From positions 1-32,648 of the forward strand of contig JAQICQ010000101.1 of NCBI GenBank assembly GCA_027858455.1: 32,648 nt of DNA, in the 5' to 3' direction. Below, one piece after another: positions 1 to 7,611 of the stretch. Below the pieces are notes generated by a model. That model saw only the letters and a list, made by a program, of their open reading frames with translations, did not search any database and was not told where the DNA came from. The position numbers and the translations under genes are program-made. Numbering within the stretch: position 1 is the first letter of the stretch; every line of letters begins with the position of its first letter. Origin of the DNA: Elusimicrobiota bacterium (GTDB lineage: Bacteria; CG03; SLGR01; JAGXOG01).

Positions 1-635
1 GCCCAGGAATTATCATCATCCGATGCTGTCGGTATATCCTGGTTTTTTGCAAGAATCTTTGCTTCAATATTTGGATCAAATCCCTGCCAGGATTTCCCTC
101 CTTCGCTGAAAACCGGCCCTATATCTGCGCGGGGGCCGCTTGTGAAATCGCCGGGCTCCGGTTTAAAATATCTTATTCCTTCATAATCAGGCCCGCATCC
201 TTCGGCATTAAGGGAATTCATTAAATTATCGTAGCCCGACTTAGCTCCCTCCGGCCATCTTACCGACTGGTAGAAATTAAGAACATTATATCTGTCAACA
301 ACCATAGAGAGCCCGGAGTAGTGGTCGGCTCCGGCGCATGATAAAACCATAAAGTCCAAATCGCCGCCTGGCCCTATCTTTGCATCCAGAAATTCGTCAA
401 GTTTTGAATATCCCGCTGACGATGCATACCCGCCGTCTATAAGGATATACTTGTCATCGGCGGTATCTAATTTTCCGTCCGCGCCGGGGAGTTCTATAAA
501 TTCACAGTCGCCGTATAAACTCTCCCCCCAGAGAATAAAATGTATTCTCATATAATATTTTTGCGCCCGGAGAGCCGGGGCTAAACAGATTAAAAGAAGA
601 CATAGAAATACCCGTATTTTTCCTTTATTTTTCAT
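1..635 (-). CDS. Secreted MBL-fold (ComEC-type beta-lactamase-like) protein. The 3' end is cut by the window edge, and the gene is not in the supplied ORF track.
   Basis: The minus-strand frame is open from ATG 635..633 to the window edge (211 codons, no stop). The N-terminus MKNKGKIRVFLCLLLICLAPALRAQ looks like a signal peptide. IHFILWGESLYGDCEFIEL ... YILIDGG ... LDFMVLSCAGADHYSGL follows the layout of ComEC-type metallo-beta-lactamase domains. The HxHxDH metal motif reads SCAGADH, so it is partly degenerate. The gene starts 7 nt after the stop of the upstream sulfotransferase. Confidence 0.6.
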   Translation of the reverse strand, partial: MKNKGKIRVFLCLLLICLAPALRAQKYYMRIHFILWGESLYGDCEFIELPGADGKLDTADDKYILIDGGYASSAGYSKLDEFLDAKIGPGGDLDFMVLSCAGADHYSGLSMVVDRYNVLNFYQSVRWPEGAKSGYDNLMNSLNAEGCGPDYEGIRYFKPEPGDFTSGPRADIGPVFSEGGKSWQGFDPNIEAKILAKNQDIPTASDDDNSW

Positions 636-642
636 AGCCGTT

Positions 643-1443
643 TTATTTTATATACTCCAGCTCTTTAAGAAGTTCTTTAACCTTCGGGTCTTTTAACAGC
701 TCTCCGGCGCGGCGGCGATTTTGCGGCTTTTTCCATTTCCCGATGCTCCCGGAATCCAATTCCCTGACGGATTTTCTCCAGCTCCGGCTTTTTTTGATAT
801 TTGTATGGCAGGTCCAATCCATAATCTCTTTTGGATAATTTTTCTCTGTGAAATTTTCCCCTGTAAAATCACATATTTTTTGAACTGTCTCATGAAAATT
901 TTTAACAAGTTTCTCATATTTGACAGTCAGAACAGAAGGGTGCCCCTTAAATTTCAGGCCGGCTTTTACATCACGAACCCACCTTTGGGGGGTAATCCAG
1001 TATTTTTCCGAATCTTTGGGATGTTTTGAAAGCATAACATCGCGGCCGTCTCTTACTATATGGATGATTTTAACTTTACCGTTAAAATATTTAATGATAT
1101 TTTCTATATGCCTGATATTTCCCGGCGTCTTTTCGCACCAGCGGGAAACTCCCGGAGGTATCCGGCGGGTTAAGATATAGCGGTAAAGCCGGTCTATGCG
1201 GATGGGAACCTCTGTTATTTCACCGTTTATCTTTTTTTGCTCCCATTCCAGAAAAGCTCCGGTCTCATTTTTAACAGCATAAAAAGACGGGTGAGCTCCT
1301 AAAATAGAAAGCAATAAGGTGGTGCCCGAGCGGCCGCACCCACCGATAATTACAGGCGGCGCGGAAAACTTTTTCTTTTCTTTTTTTTCTCCCAGCGCCA
1401 CTACCGGCGGGCTGAAAAATGTTTTAAATTTATTTGATGCCAT
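643..1443 (-). CDS. Sulfotransferase family protein
   Basis: 266-aa ORF. The PAPS 5'-phosphosulfate loop is GGCGRSGTTLLLSILG. The 3'-phosphate motif is IIHIVRDGRDVMLS. The stop codon is TAA. Confidence 0.85.
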   Translation of the reverse strand: MASNKFKTFFSPPVVALGEKKEKKKFSAPPVIIGGCGRSGTTLLLSILGAHPSFYAVKNETGAFLEWEQKKINGEITEVPIRIDRLYRYILTRRIPPGVSRWCEKTPGNIRHIENIIKYFNGKVKIIHIVRDGRDVMLSKHPKDSEKYWITPQRWVRDVKAGLKFKGHPSVLTVKYEKLVKNFHETVQKICDFTGENFTEKNYPKEIMDWTCHTNIKKSRSWRKSVRELDSGSIGKWKKPQNRRRAGELLKDPKVKELLKELEYIK

Positions 1444-1700
1444 ATTGTTTTTTATTTTAAACTATTAACGCCGCAGTTTCAAATCCAGGTCTTTTTCAAT
1501 CTAAAAATTACAGTCAGGTTTTATCCGTGCAAAATAATTTAATAACTTCTATTTTAATCCCGCCGTTAAACAACCTAACTCATCCGGGAAACGCCGGACT
1601 TTTTATTTGAAGATTTTATGCAATATAAATATAATAATTCTATGAAATATACAACTGCATTAAAATATATCCGCCGCAACGGCGACATAGCTTTTTCTTT

Positions 1701-2426
1701 ATGAAAACCGCTTTCTTTTTTTCAACCGGCAGGACGGGAACAGACTGGGTTACTTCCCTTTTTAACGACAATATCAAAAACGCATGGAGCGTCCACGAGC
1801 CTCACCCTGCCTTTAGAAAACGGGCCCGCCGCCTTGTTTCAAATAAATTTACGCTATACGACAAATACTATTTTAAAATACCCAGGTGGTACCGCCATAA
1901 AAAGAAAAAAGAAGAATAGTATATTGAGACAAACTACCATCTCTTTGCCGCAATCCCTCTTATAAGATCAGCTTTTGGCGGAGCACTCTGTATCCATACA
2001 ATACGCGACGGAAGAGAGGTAGTCCGTTCCTGGCTGAACAGATACCGTTATATTACAAACGAGCATATCCGTCCCGTTGATTTTAATGACAGTGACGCAG
2101 CCGAAAAATGGCCAAGATGGAATCCCCTGCAAAAACTTGCATGGTACTGGAAAACAGTAAACAGCCATGTTTACAATAATAAACCCGACCTGTGGATAAA
2201 GTACGAAGATATTTTCAAGGGCGACCGGAAAGGCGTATTTGAAATTCTTGACCTCTTTGATGACCTAAAATATTCGGAGAAAGATATAAAAAATTACCTT
2301 GACCGTAAAGTAAACAAAAATCCTTTTGATTTTTTCCCTTACTATAAAGACTGGCCCGAAAAATGGAAAGTCCAGTTTGATGAAATTGCGGGCGATGCAA
2401 TGAGAAAATTTGGATACTCTAAGTGA
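1701..2426 (+). pseudogene. Second sulfotransferase (241 codons) interrupted by a single in-frame TAG at 1917..1919
   Basis: The ORF track shows only the first 72 codons (MKTAFFFSTGRTGTDW..., a PAPS loop). The same frame stays open from 1920 to TGA 2424..2426. That stretch encodes YIETNYHLFAAIPLIRSAFGGALCIHTIRDGREVVRSWLNR...WYWKTVNSH..., which is the rest of a sulfotransferase including the RDGRxVV motif. There is no ATG, GTG or TTG in the downstream part, which explains its absence from the track. There is no Shine-Dalgarno sequence before ATG 1701. Confidence 0.7.
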
Positions 2427-2565
2427 CCTTACGGTAAAACCTGCCGTTAGATGCTTCTTTTTAAAAAACCCCTTTAAAATAACCTGCAGGTATTTTAACT
2501 TGCCGAAGGCTCTGGGCGGCCCTTAAAACAAGACACGACAATAATATTTGTTTTATTTGCGCGCT

Positions 2566-2988
2566 TTAGTTTATTTCAACTAATTTTATGTCAAATATAA
2601 GATCCTCACCTGCAAGAGGATGGTTTAAATCAACTGTAATGCTTTCGTCATTTACCGTGGTAATTTCACCGTTAAATTTCTGGCCGTCCTGACTTTGCAG
2701 ATTTAACCTTCTCCCTATTTCAGGCTCAAAATCTTCCGGAAAAGACTTCATAGGAACATTCTGGATAAGCTCTTCTTTTTTGTCTCCGTAAGCGTTATCT
2801 GACTCTATGGAAATTTCTTTTTCCTCGTCAATTTTCATGCCTCTTACCGCCTTGTCAAAGCCGGGTATTATCTTTCCGTCGCCTACTGTAAATTCCAGCG
2901 GCTTGCCGTCTTTTGAACTATCAAATACGTCTCCGTTTTTTAGTTTCCCTGTATATTCAACCTTAACTTTGTCGTCAACTTTAACCAT
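2566..2988 (-). CDS. FKBP-type peptidyl-prolyl cis-trans isomerase, SlyD-like with an insert-in-flap domain
   Basis: 140-aa ORF. VKVEYTGKLKNGDVFDSS...LEFTVGDGKIIPGFDKAVRGM and the C-terminal VDLNHPLAGEDLIFDIKLVEI are typical of SlyD/FkpB-type FKBPs. GAGGAG lies 6 nt upstream of ATG 2988. A possible upstream extension to about 3108 encodes a lipoprotein signal (see findings). Confidence 0.85.
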   Translation of the reverse strand: MVKVDDKVKVEYTGKLKNGDVFDSSKDGKPLEFTVGDGKIIPGFDKAVRGMKIDEEKEISIESDNAYGDKKEELIQNVPMKSFPEDFEPEIGRRLNLQSQDGQKFNGEITTVNDESITVDLNHPLAGEDLIFDIKLVEIN

Positions 2989-3209
2989 TTGTTTCTCCTC
3001 TTTTACCTTACTTTGCTTACTCTCTTTTTTATCTTCAGCTGCCGTGCATCCGGATATAATTAATCCGGCGGCAAGAATAAATATTGTTTTCCTAAATATT
3101 TTTTTGATGATTGGCTCCTTTTTTTACTCTGCTTTTTGCAACTGTTGTGTTATTATAACAAGATGAGTTCACAAATCAAATATTCCGGCGGGATATAAAA
3201 ATAAGGACT

Positions 3210-5330
3210 TTATATTTGGCGGTATCTGAATCCGTCTTTTAATTTTTTCCCTTTTTTCTTAAAGAGGTCCCTTATATGATCATCCATGGTAAAATAAAAT
3301 ATCTGCCACCCTGCCGCGGCCGCAGACACCAGGCTTTCTGTTAAATATTCTCTTCTTTTCCAATCCGTATGCTGGAAAGCGTCGTCAAATATAAAAAACA
3401 TCTTCCTGTCCCCCATGACTTTGCGGGTAATTCCCATCCTCAGGGCAATAAGTATCTGTTCAAGAGCGCCGGTGGATATGTCCGCGACATTGTAATCCCT
3501 GTATTTATCCGAAACAATAACTTTTTTGCCGTCAAGTTTCACCCTGTTATATCTTTGGGTAATCTCTTTGACGGGGGACTGGACTATATCCGACGAGAGG
3601 CTCTCTTTAATTTTTTTGTCCTCTTTTAATTTTAGTTCTTCAATTACTTTATATACAGAATTCAACCCTATAATTTTTGCCCGGAGCTGTTTCAACCTGC
3701 TTAAAATATTTTCCCTTTTCTTCCTCAGCTTATCTATCAGCCTGTTAAAGCTCTCGTTTATATCGGCTGAAGTTTCCTGCACCAGCCTGTTTTTAATTTC
3801 CCCCAGGCTGTCGAGATATCCCTCTCTTTTCTCTTCTGCCTTTTGTCTTTCTTCTTCAAGCTCTCTTAATTTTTTTTCATCATATTCCTCGCCGGCTCTC
3901 TCTTTTAAATATTCTTCCTGACCTAAATTTAATTTGGCGAGTTCTTTTTCGGTATCGGATATGTTTTTCTCGTTTTCCCTGATTTTATTTTTAAAATCAT
4001 CTGCGGCTTCTTCCCATTTTACCGTTTCCGGTGCTTTAGCCGGTTCCGGTACATTAGAAGGTATCTTTAAAAATATTTGATTTATCTCATTTGTTAAGCC
4101 TTGCAGTTTCCGGCGCGGCTCTTTTATGTTCTCTTTTATATCACTCGCGCGGTCGCGGTATCTTTCTTCTTCCTTAAGTTTCTCTTTAAGATCGCTGAAT
4201 CCTGTTAATTCCCGTCTAAAAAGCCGATTATATTTCTCCCGTATAGCTTTTACTTCTTCAGAAGCATTCTTGTTGATAAAAACACCCCTCTTTTTAAAAA
4301 TTAAAAAAAGAACCGCAAATATAGCTGCAATAACCGGAGACAGCATTTTAGAAATACCCAGCATCGGCACCAAAGCAGTAAGGGCAAGAGCTGTTATTAT
4401 TAAAATATTCTGGCGGAAAGAACTAATTTTTCCCCCTTTTAAAATACCGTCATAAATATCCGCCGCTTCCGCGAGCCAGACATAATTCCCTGATAAACTT
4501 TTTGCTTCTTTTAATCTCGCCTCGTCCCTGACGATATTTTCTTTGGTGGTTTTATATTCAACAATTTTATTCCTAAGCATCTCAGCTTCGTCGGGATTGA
4601 GCTCGCCGCGAAGGCTCTTTAATTCTTCCGCCCGGCGGAATAATATATATCCCCGATGACGGCGCGCGCGATTCTGCTCTTTTATCTTTTCATCCGCAAG
4701 CTCCATCTCGCGGTTTAACGATACCACCGGCCCCAGTGTATAGTTTCTATTTATATCATTTAAAAGTTTCTCGGTTTTCTCAAGTTCTTCCCGCGCGGCA
4801 TACATATCCCTGGCATCGTTTGATTTCCTGGAAATATTTATTATACCTTCTTTTACCTGCGCTTCCGTGAAAGTCGCGGGTATCTTTCCTTCTATTTTGT
4901 CTAAAATTTCCCTTTCCGACAAAAGCCGTTTAACGGCTCCGGGATTTACGCCTCCGGGACCGTCTGAAATAGCCGAATCGGCACCTTTTATCACAAGGAG
5001 TTTCTCAAGGCCGGGAGGAAGCCCTCTGCCTGTCTTTTCCATATATTTTTTAAGCTTTTCTTTTGCGGCGGGAGAAAATTCTTTGGCCTTTTCATGAAGC
5101 CCGCTGACCGTGATTTTTCCCACGGACCCGATATCTCTTAAGTTCCATCTCTTTTCGGAACCTAAATTTGCGGAACCTAAAAGAGAGTTTATAATAAATT
5201 CTACAATATAGGTTTTTCCCGTTTCATTTTTTCCGTATATTAAATTAAGGTCACCCGGCTCCATTATAAATTCATCAACCGGGCCCAGCCGGCTGATGCT
5301 TATTTTTTTTATCCTTACGGAGTTATTCAT
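3210..5330 (-). CDS. Rad50/SbcC/YhaN-like SMC-type ATPase with a central transmembrane hairpin
   Basis: 706 aa. The N-terminal Walker A is LIYGKNETGKTY (5211..5234). Long Lys/Glu/Arg-rich predicted coiled-coil arms follow. The C-terminus has the ABC signature-like ISTGALEQ, Walker B KMFFIFDD and an H-loop-like AFQHTD. Residues about 307-346 are two hydrophobic helices. The protein contains no cysteine. Its start overlaps the upstream gene by 8 nt. Confidence 0.8.
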   Translation of the reverse strand: MNNSVRIKKISISRLGPVDEFIMEPGDLNLIYGKNETGKTYIVEFIINSLLGSANLGSEKRWNLRDIGSVGKITVSGLHEKAKEFSPAAKEKLKKYMEKTGRGLPPGLEKLLVIKGADSAISDGPGGVNPGAVKRLLSEREILDKIEGKIPATFTEAQVKEGIINISRKSNDARDMYAAREELEKTEKLLNDINRNYTLGPVVSLNREMELADEKIKEQNRARRHRGYILFRRAEELKSLRGELNPDEAEMLRNKIVEYKTTKENIVRDEARLKEAKSLSGNYVWLAEAADIYDGILKGGKISSFRQNILIITALALTALVPMLGISKMLSPVIAAIFAVLFLIFKKRGVFINKNASEEVKAIREKYNRLFRRELTGFSDLKEKLKEEERYRDRASDIKENIKEPRRKLQGLTNEINQIFLKIPSNVPEPAKAPETVKWEEAADDFKNKIRENEKNISDTEKELAKLNLGQEEYLKERAGEEYDEKKLRELEEERQKAEEKREGYLDSLGEIKNRLVQETSADINESFNRLIDKLRKKRENILSRLKQLRAKIIGLNSVYKVIEELKLKEDKKIKESLSSDIVQSPVKEITQRYNRVKLDGKKVIVSDKYRDYNVADISTGALEQILIALRMGITRKVMGDRKMFFIFDDAFQHTDWKRREYLTESLVSAAAAGWQIFYFTMDDHIRDLFKKKGKKLKDGFRYRQI

Positions 5331-6399
5331 ATACTGCCTTTAAGGCCTCAAGGAGAAGACCGTTCTTTGACGGAGAGAGGGGGTCTGAAAAATCCCAGTC
5401 CAGGTTATTCTCTATCCATTCCTTAACTCGTGAAGCTATCTCGTCAAGTTCTTTATTGCCGGTTATGTGCAGATTAGTTGTGTCTATCTGTTCGCCGTCG
5501 GCGTTATCGTAAAAATTAAACCCGGAAAAGCTGTCCCGGATTGCGCTGACGGCCTCTTTTATATCTCCGATATATCCCGATGCTTTTATCCGTATGCGGG
5601 TCTTTTTAATCTCATTTTTGCTTAATTGCCATTTTTCAATTAACTCCCGCGACACTGATTTAATATATTTTTTAAGGTCGTCAACCGGAAGGAGTATAAT
5701 TTCTTCCGACTGGTATATGACAGGAGAATCCGTCCGGACAGATTCTATCTTAAGGGATTTTGTATCTAAAAGTATAAACCTTCTTTTTCCGGTTTCGTTT
5801 ATATCCAGGGGCGCCGGGGAGCCTGGATAATGAATTTTTGAGGTATCGGTAATCTTATGAATATGGCCGAGAATAACTTTTGCCGGACGGTATCTTTCAA
5901 TATCGGTATCAGAAAGAGGCATATATACTCCCGGCTCAAGAGGATTTAGATTCCCGGCCCCGCGGAGCCGGTCGCCGTGACCTATTAGAACCCATTCATC
6001 TTCTTTTAATTTTTGTTTAAAAGGCTCTATTGCCTCCCCCATTGTCTTTTCGGCGTCATACGGGACAAACAAAAAAACACGGCCGCCGATTTTAATTATA
6101 TCCGGAGAGCCGTCTATGACTTTTACATTGTCTGCTTTAATTTTTTTTGCGGAAAATCCGGCATCGTGGTTTCCCGGTATAACGTATATATTTATACCGT
6201 TAAACTCTTTTGAAGAACAAAGCTTATCAAAACCGGAATAATTAGTCATATCTTTGTCAAAAAGGTCACCGGCGATAATTAAATCTTTGGTGCCGGTTTT
6301 TTTTAACCGGGTTAAAATATGCTCAAGGACGGCGTATCTTTCAGGCCTCTCTTTATTTAAATGTATATCTGCGGTTATCGCTGTCTTATAATTATAAAT
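5323..6399 (-). CDS. Mre11/SbcD/YhaO-like calcineurin-type metallophosphoesterase, with the start revised upstream to ATT 6399..6397
   Basis: The ORF track starts at ATG 6249 and includes VIPGNHD, LIGHGD and VILGHIHK. The same frame is open upstream to a TAA at 6402..6400. That upstream stretch encodes IYNYKTAITADIHLNKERPERYAVLEHILTRLKKTGTKDLIIAGDLFDKD, which supplies phosphoesterase motif I (DxH) and motif II (GDxxD). It contains no ATG, GTG or TTG. A GGGGGG run at 6412..6407 sits 7 nt before the ATT. The stop codon is certain and the exact start is uncertain. Confidence 0.75.
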   Translation of the reverse strand: MYNYKTAITADIHLNKERPERYAVLEHILTRLKKTGTKDLIIAGDLFDKDMTNYSGFDKLCSSKEFNGINIYVIPGNHDAGFSAKKIKADNVKVIDGSPDIIKIGGRVFLFVPYDAEKTMGEAIEPFKQKLKEDEWVLIGHGDRLRGAGNLNPLEPGVYMPLSDTDIERYRPAKVILGHIHKITDTSKIHYPGSPAPLDINETGKRRFILLDTKSLKIESVRTDSPVIYQSEEIILLPVDDLKKYIKSVSRELIEKWQLSKNEIKKTRIRIKASGYIGDIKEAVSAIRDSFSGFNFYDNADGEQIDTTNLHITGNKELDEIASRVKEWIENNLDWDFSDPLSPSKNGLLLEALKAVYE

Positions 6400-7396
6400 T
6401 TAACGGCCCCCCTGAATAGTTTTTCTGTTCATACATCTTTTTATCCGCTTCTTTTATAAGCCCACCTAAATTTCTTTTGCTTTTGCCGGAATAATCTATC
6501 GCGTACCCTATGCTTATATCGGGAGTTATCGTGACTTCCGGCGCAATATTAACGGTTAACTTTTCCAGTCCGCCTTTAAGCCTAGCAATAAACTCCCCGG
6601 CTCTCTCCGCATCCTGGTTAAAGAGCATAAAAATAAATTCGTCACCGCCGTAGCGGGCCACGATGTCCGAAGCCCGGATTTCCTTTTGAAATAGATTTGA
6701 CACTTGCACCAGGACTTTATCCCCTGAAGGATGTCCGTACCGGTCGTTTATTTCCTTGAATTTATCTATATCGCAAAGCAGTACGGCGACCGGTTTTTTA
6801 TCTCTTCGCGCTACTTCCAACAGAAAAGCCGCATTCTGGAAAAAATATCTTCTGTTTTTAAGCCCTGTCAGCGGATCCCTGACGCTGGCAGTAACCAATT
6901 TTCTTTTTTCATTCAATAAAAGCTTAATGGAATTTAAAAGAACGTATTTCATCCGATCATTTTTAAATTTTTTAAGCCCTATGTCGGTAAATCTGTCAAG
7001 ATGATCTTCATACATCGTTTTAGGGTTAAAAACCGTCTTGTCAAAAATTATATCATGGGTATTCATTATCCTCTGCATAGGCGAAATCAAGGCGGAATAT
7101 TCCATATTCATGGTAAATTCCAGCATTTCAAGCGGAGTATAATCATTATTTTTAACTTTTTTGAGGGTTTTCCCGGCTTCAGCTATAAGTTTTTTCATTA
7201 TATTTTTTGCTCTTTTTTTGTCTTCCAGCTGAAGCACTTTAAGATTATATTCTCGCTCCTGTAAATAATGCCAATACTTTAAATGTTTGCTCTCGTCCCT
7301 GGACATCTCTTTCCACATTTCTTTGAGGTCTTTAGGAATACCCGGCTTCATGGACAGAGCCATATAAATATTTTCCAGCAGCGCGTCAAGATCCAA
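6392..7396 (-). CDS. Diguanylate cyclase (GGDEF domain) with an unassigned N-terminal helical domain
   Basis: 334 aa. Motifs are DPLTGLKNRRYF, LLCDIDKFKEINDRYGHPSGD and the active site RYGGDEF. RASD (an RxxD I-site) lies 5 residues upstream of the active site. The roughly 170-aa N-terminal domain has no motif I recognise beyond an ExxH-like ESKH. The track start is TTG 7396 with no SD. ATG 7363 and ATG 7351 are alternatives. Confidence 0.85.
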   Translation of the reverse strand: MDLDALLENIYMALSMKPGIPKDLKEMWKEMSRDESKHLKYWHYLQEREYNLKVLQLEDKKRAKNIMKKLIAEAGKTLKKVKNNDYTPLEMLEFTMNMEYSALISPMQRIMNTHDIIFDKTVFNPKTMYEDHLDRFTDIGLKKFKNDRMKYVLLNSIKLLLNEKRKLVTASVRDPLTGLKNRRYFFQNAAFLLEVARRDKKPVAVLLCDIDKFKEINDRYGHPSGDKVLVQVSNLFQKEIRASDIVARYGGDEFIFMLFNQDAERAGEFIARLKGGLEKLTVNIAPEVTITPDISIGYAIDYSGKSKRNLGGLIKEADKKMYEQKNYSGGPLNL

Positions 7397-7611
7397 ATAG
7401 TTTTGAATTAATTCTTTAATTTTAAAACTACTTTTTTTAATAACTATCTTATTATATATAAAATGGTGTCGGAGACAAACTTATTAACTTATTGTTTTTC
7501 CAAACGACTTTTAAAATGGGCGAAACCTACTTTTATTTTTAAATGAGATGCCGGCATATTAAAATGCTTGCGGATAAATGATAAAATTAACCTTTTAAAT
7601 ATAATATTACT

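Noticed and set aside
1455-1490. tRNA-like T-loop string GTTTCAAATCC
   Set aside because: The flanking bases cannot form a T-stem (GCAGT versus CCAGG), and no acceptor or anticodon arms can be drawn. I found no tRNA or rRNA anywhere in the window.
1917-1919. Idea that TAG is reassigned to a sense codon or pyrrolysine in this organism
   Set aside because: TAG closes five other ORFs (ends at 10906, 17672, 25027, 28352 and others) at positions matching normal protein C-termini. No pyl genes are visible. A local nonsense mutation, an error or readthrough is more parsimonious.
6392-7396. Idea that the GGDEF enzyme is a CBASS-like or Hypr-type cyclase making a non-c-di-GMP signal
   Set aside because: The guanine-specifying positions look canonical (N in KEIND and D in GHPSGD, rather than the Ser of Hypr enzymes, from memory). 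An RxxD autoinhibitory site is also present. There is no sequence reason to invoke a different product.
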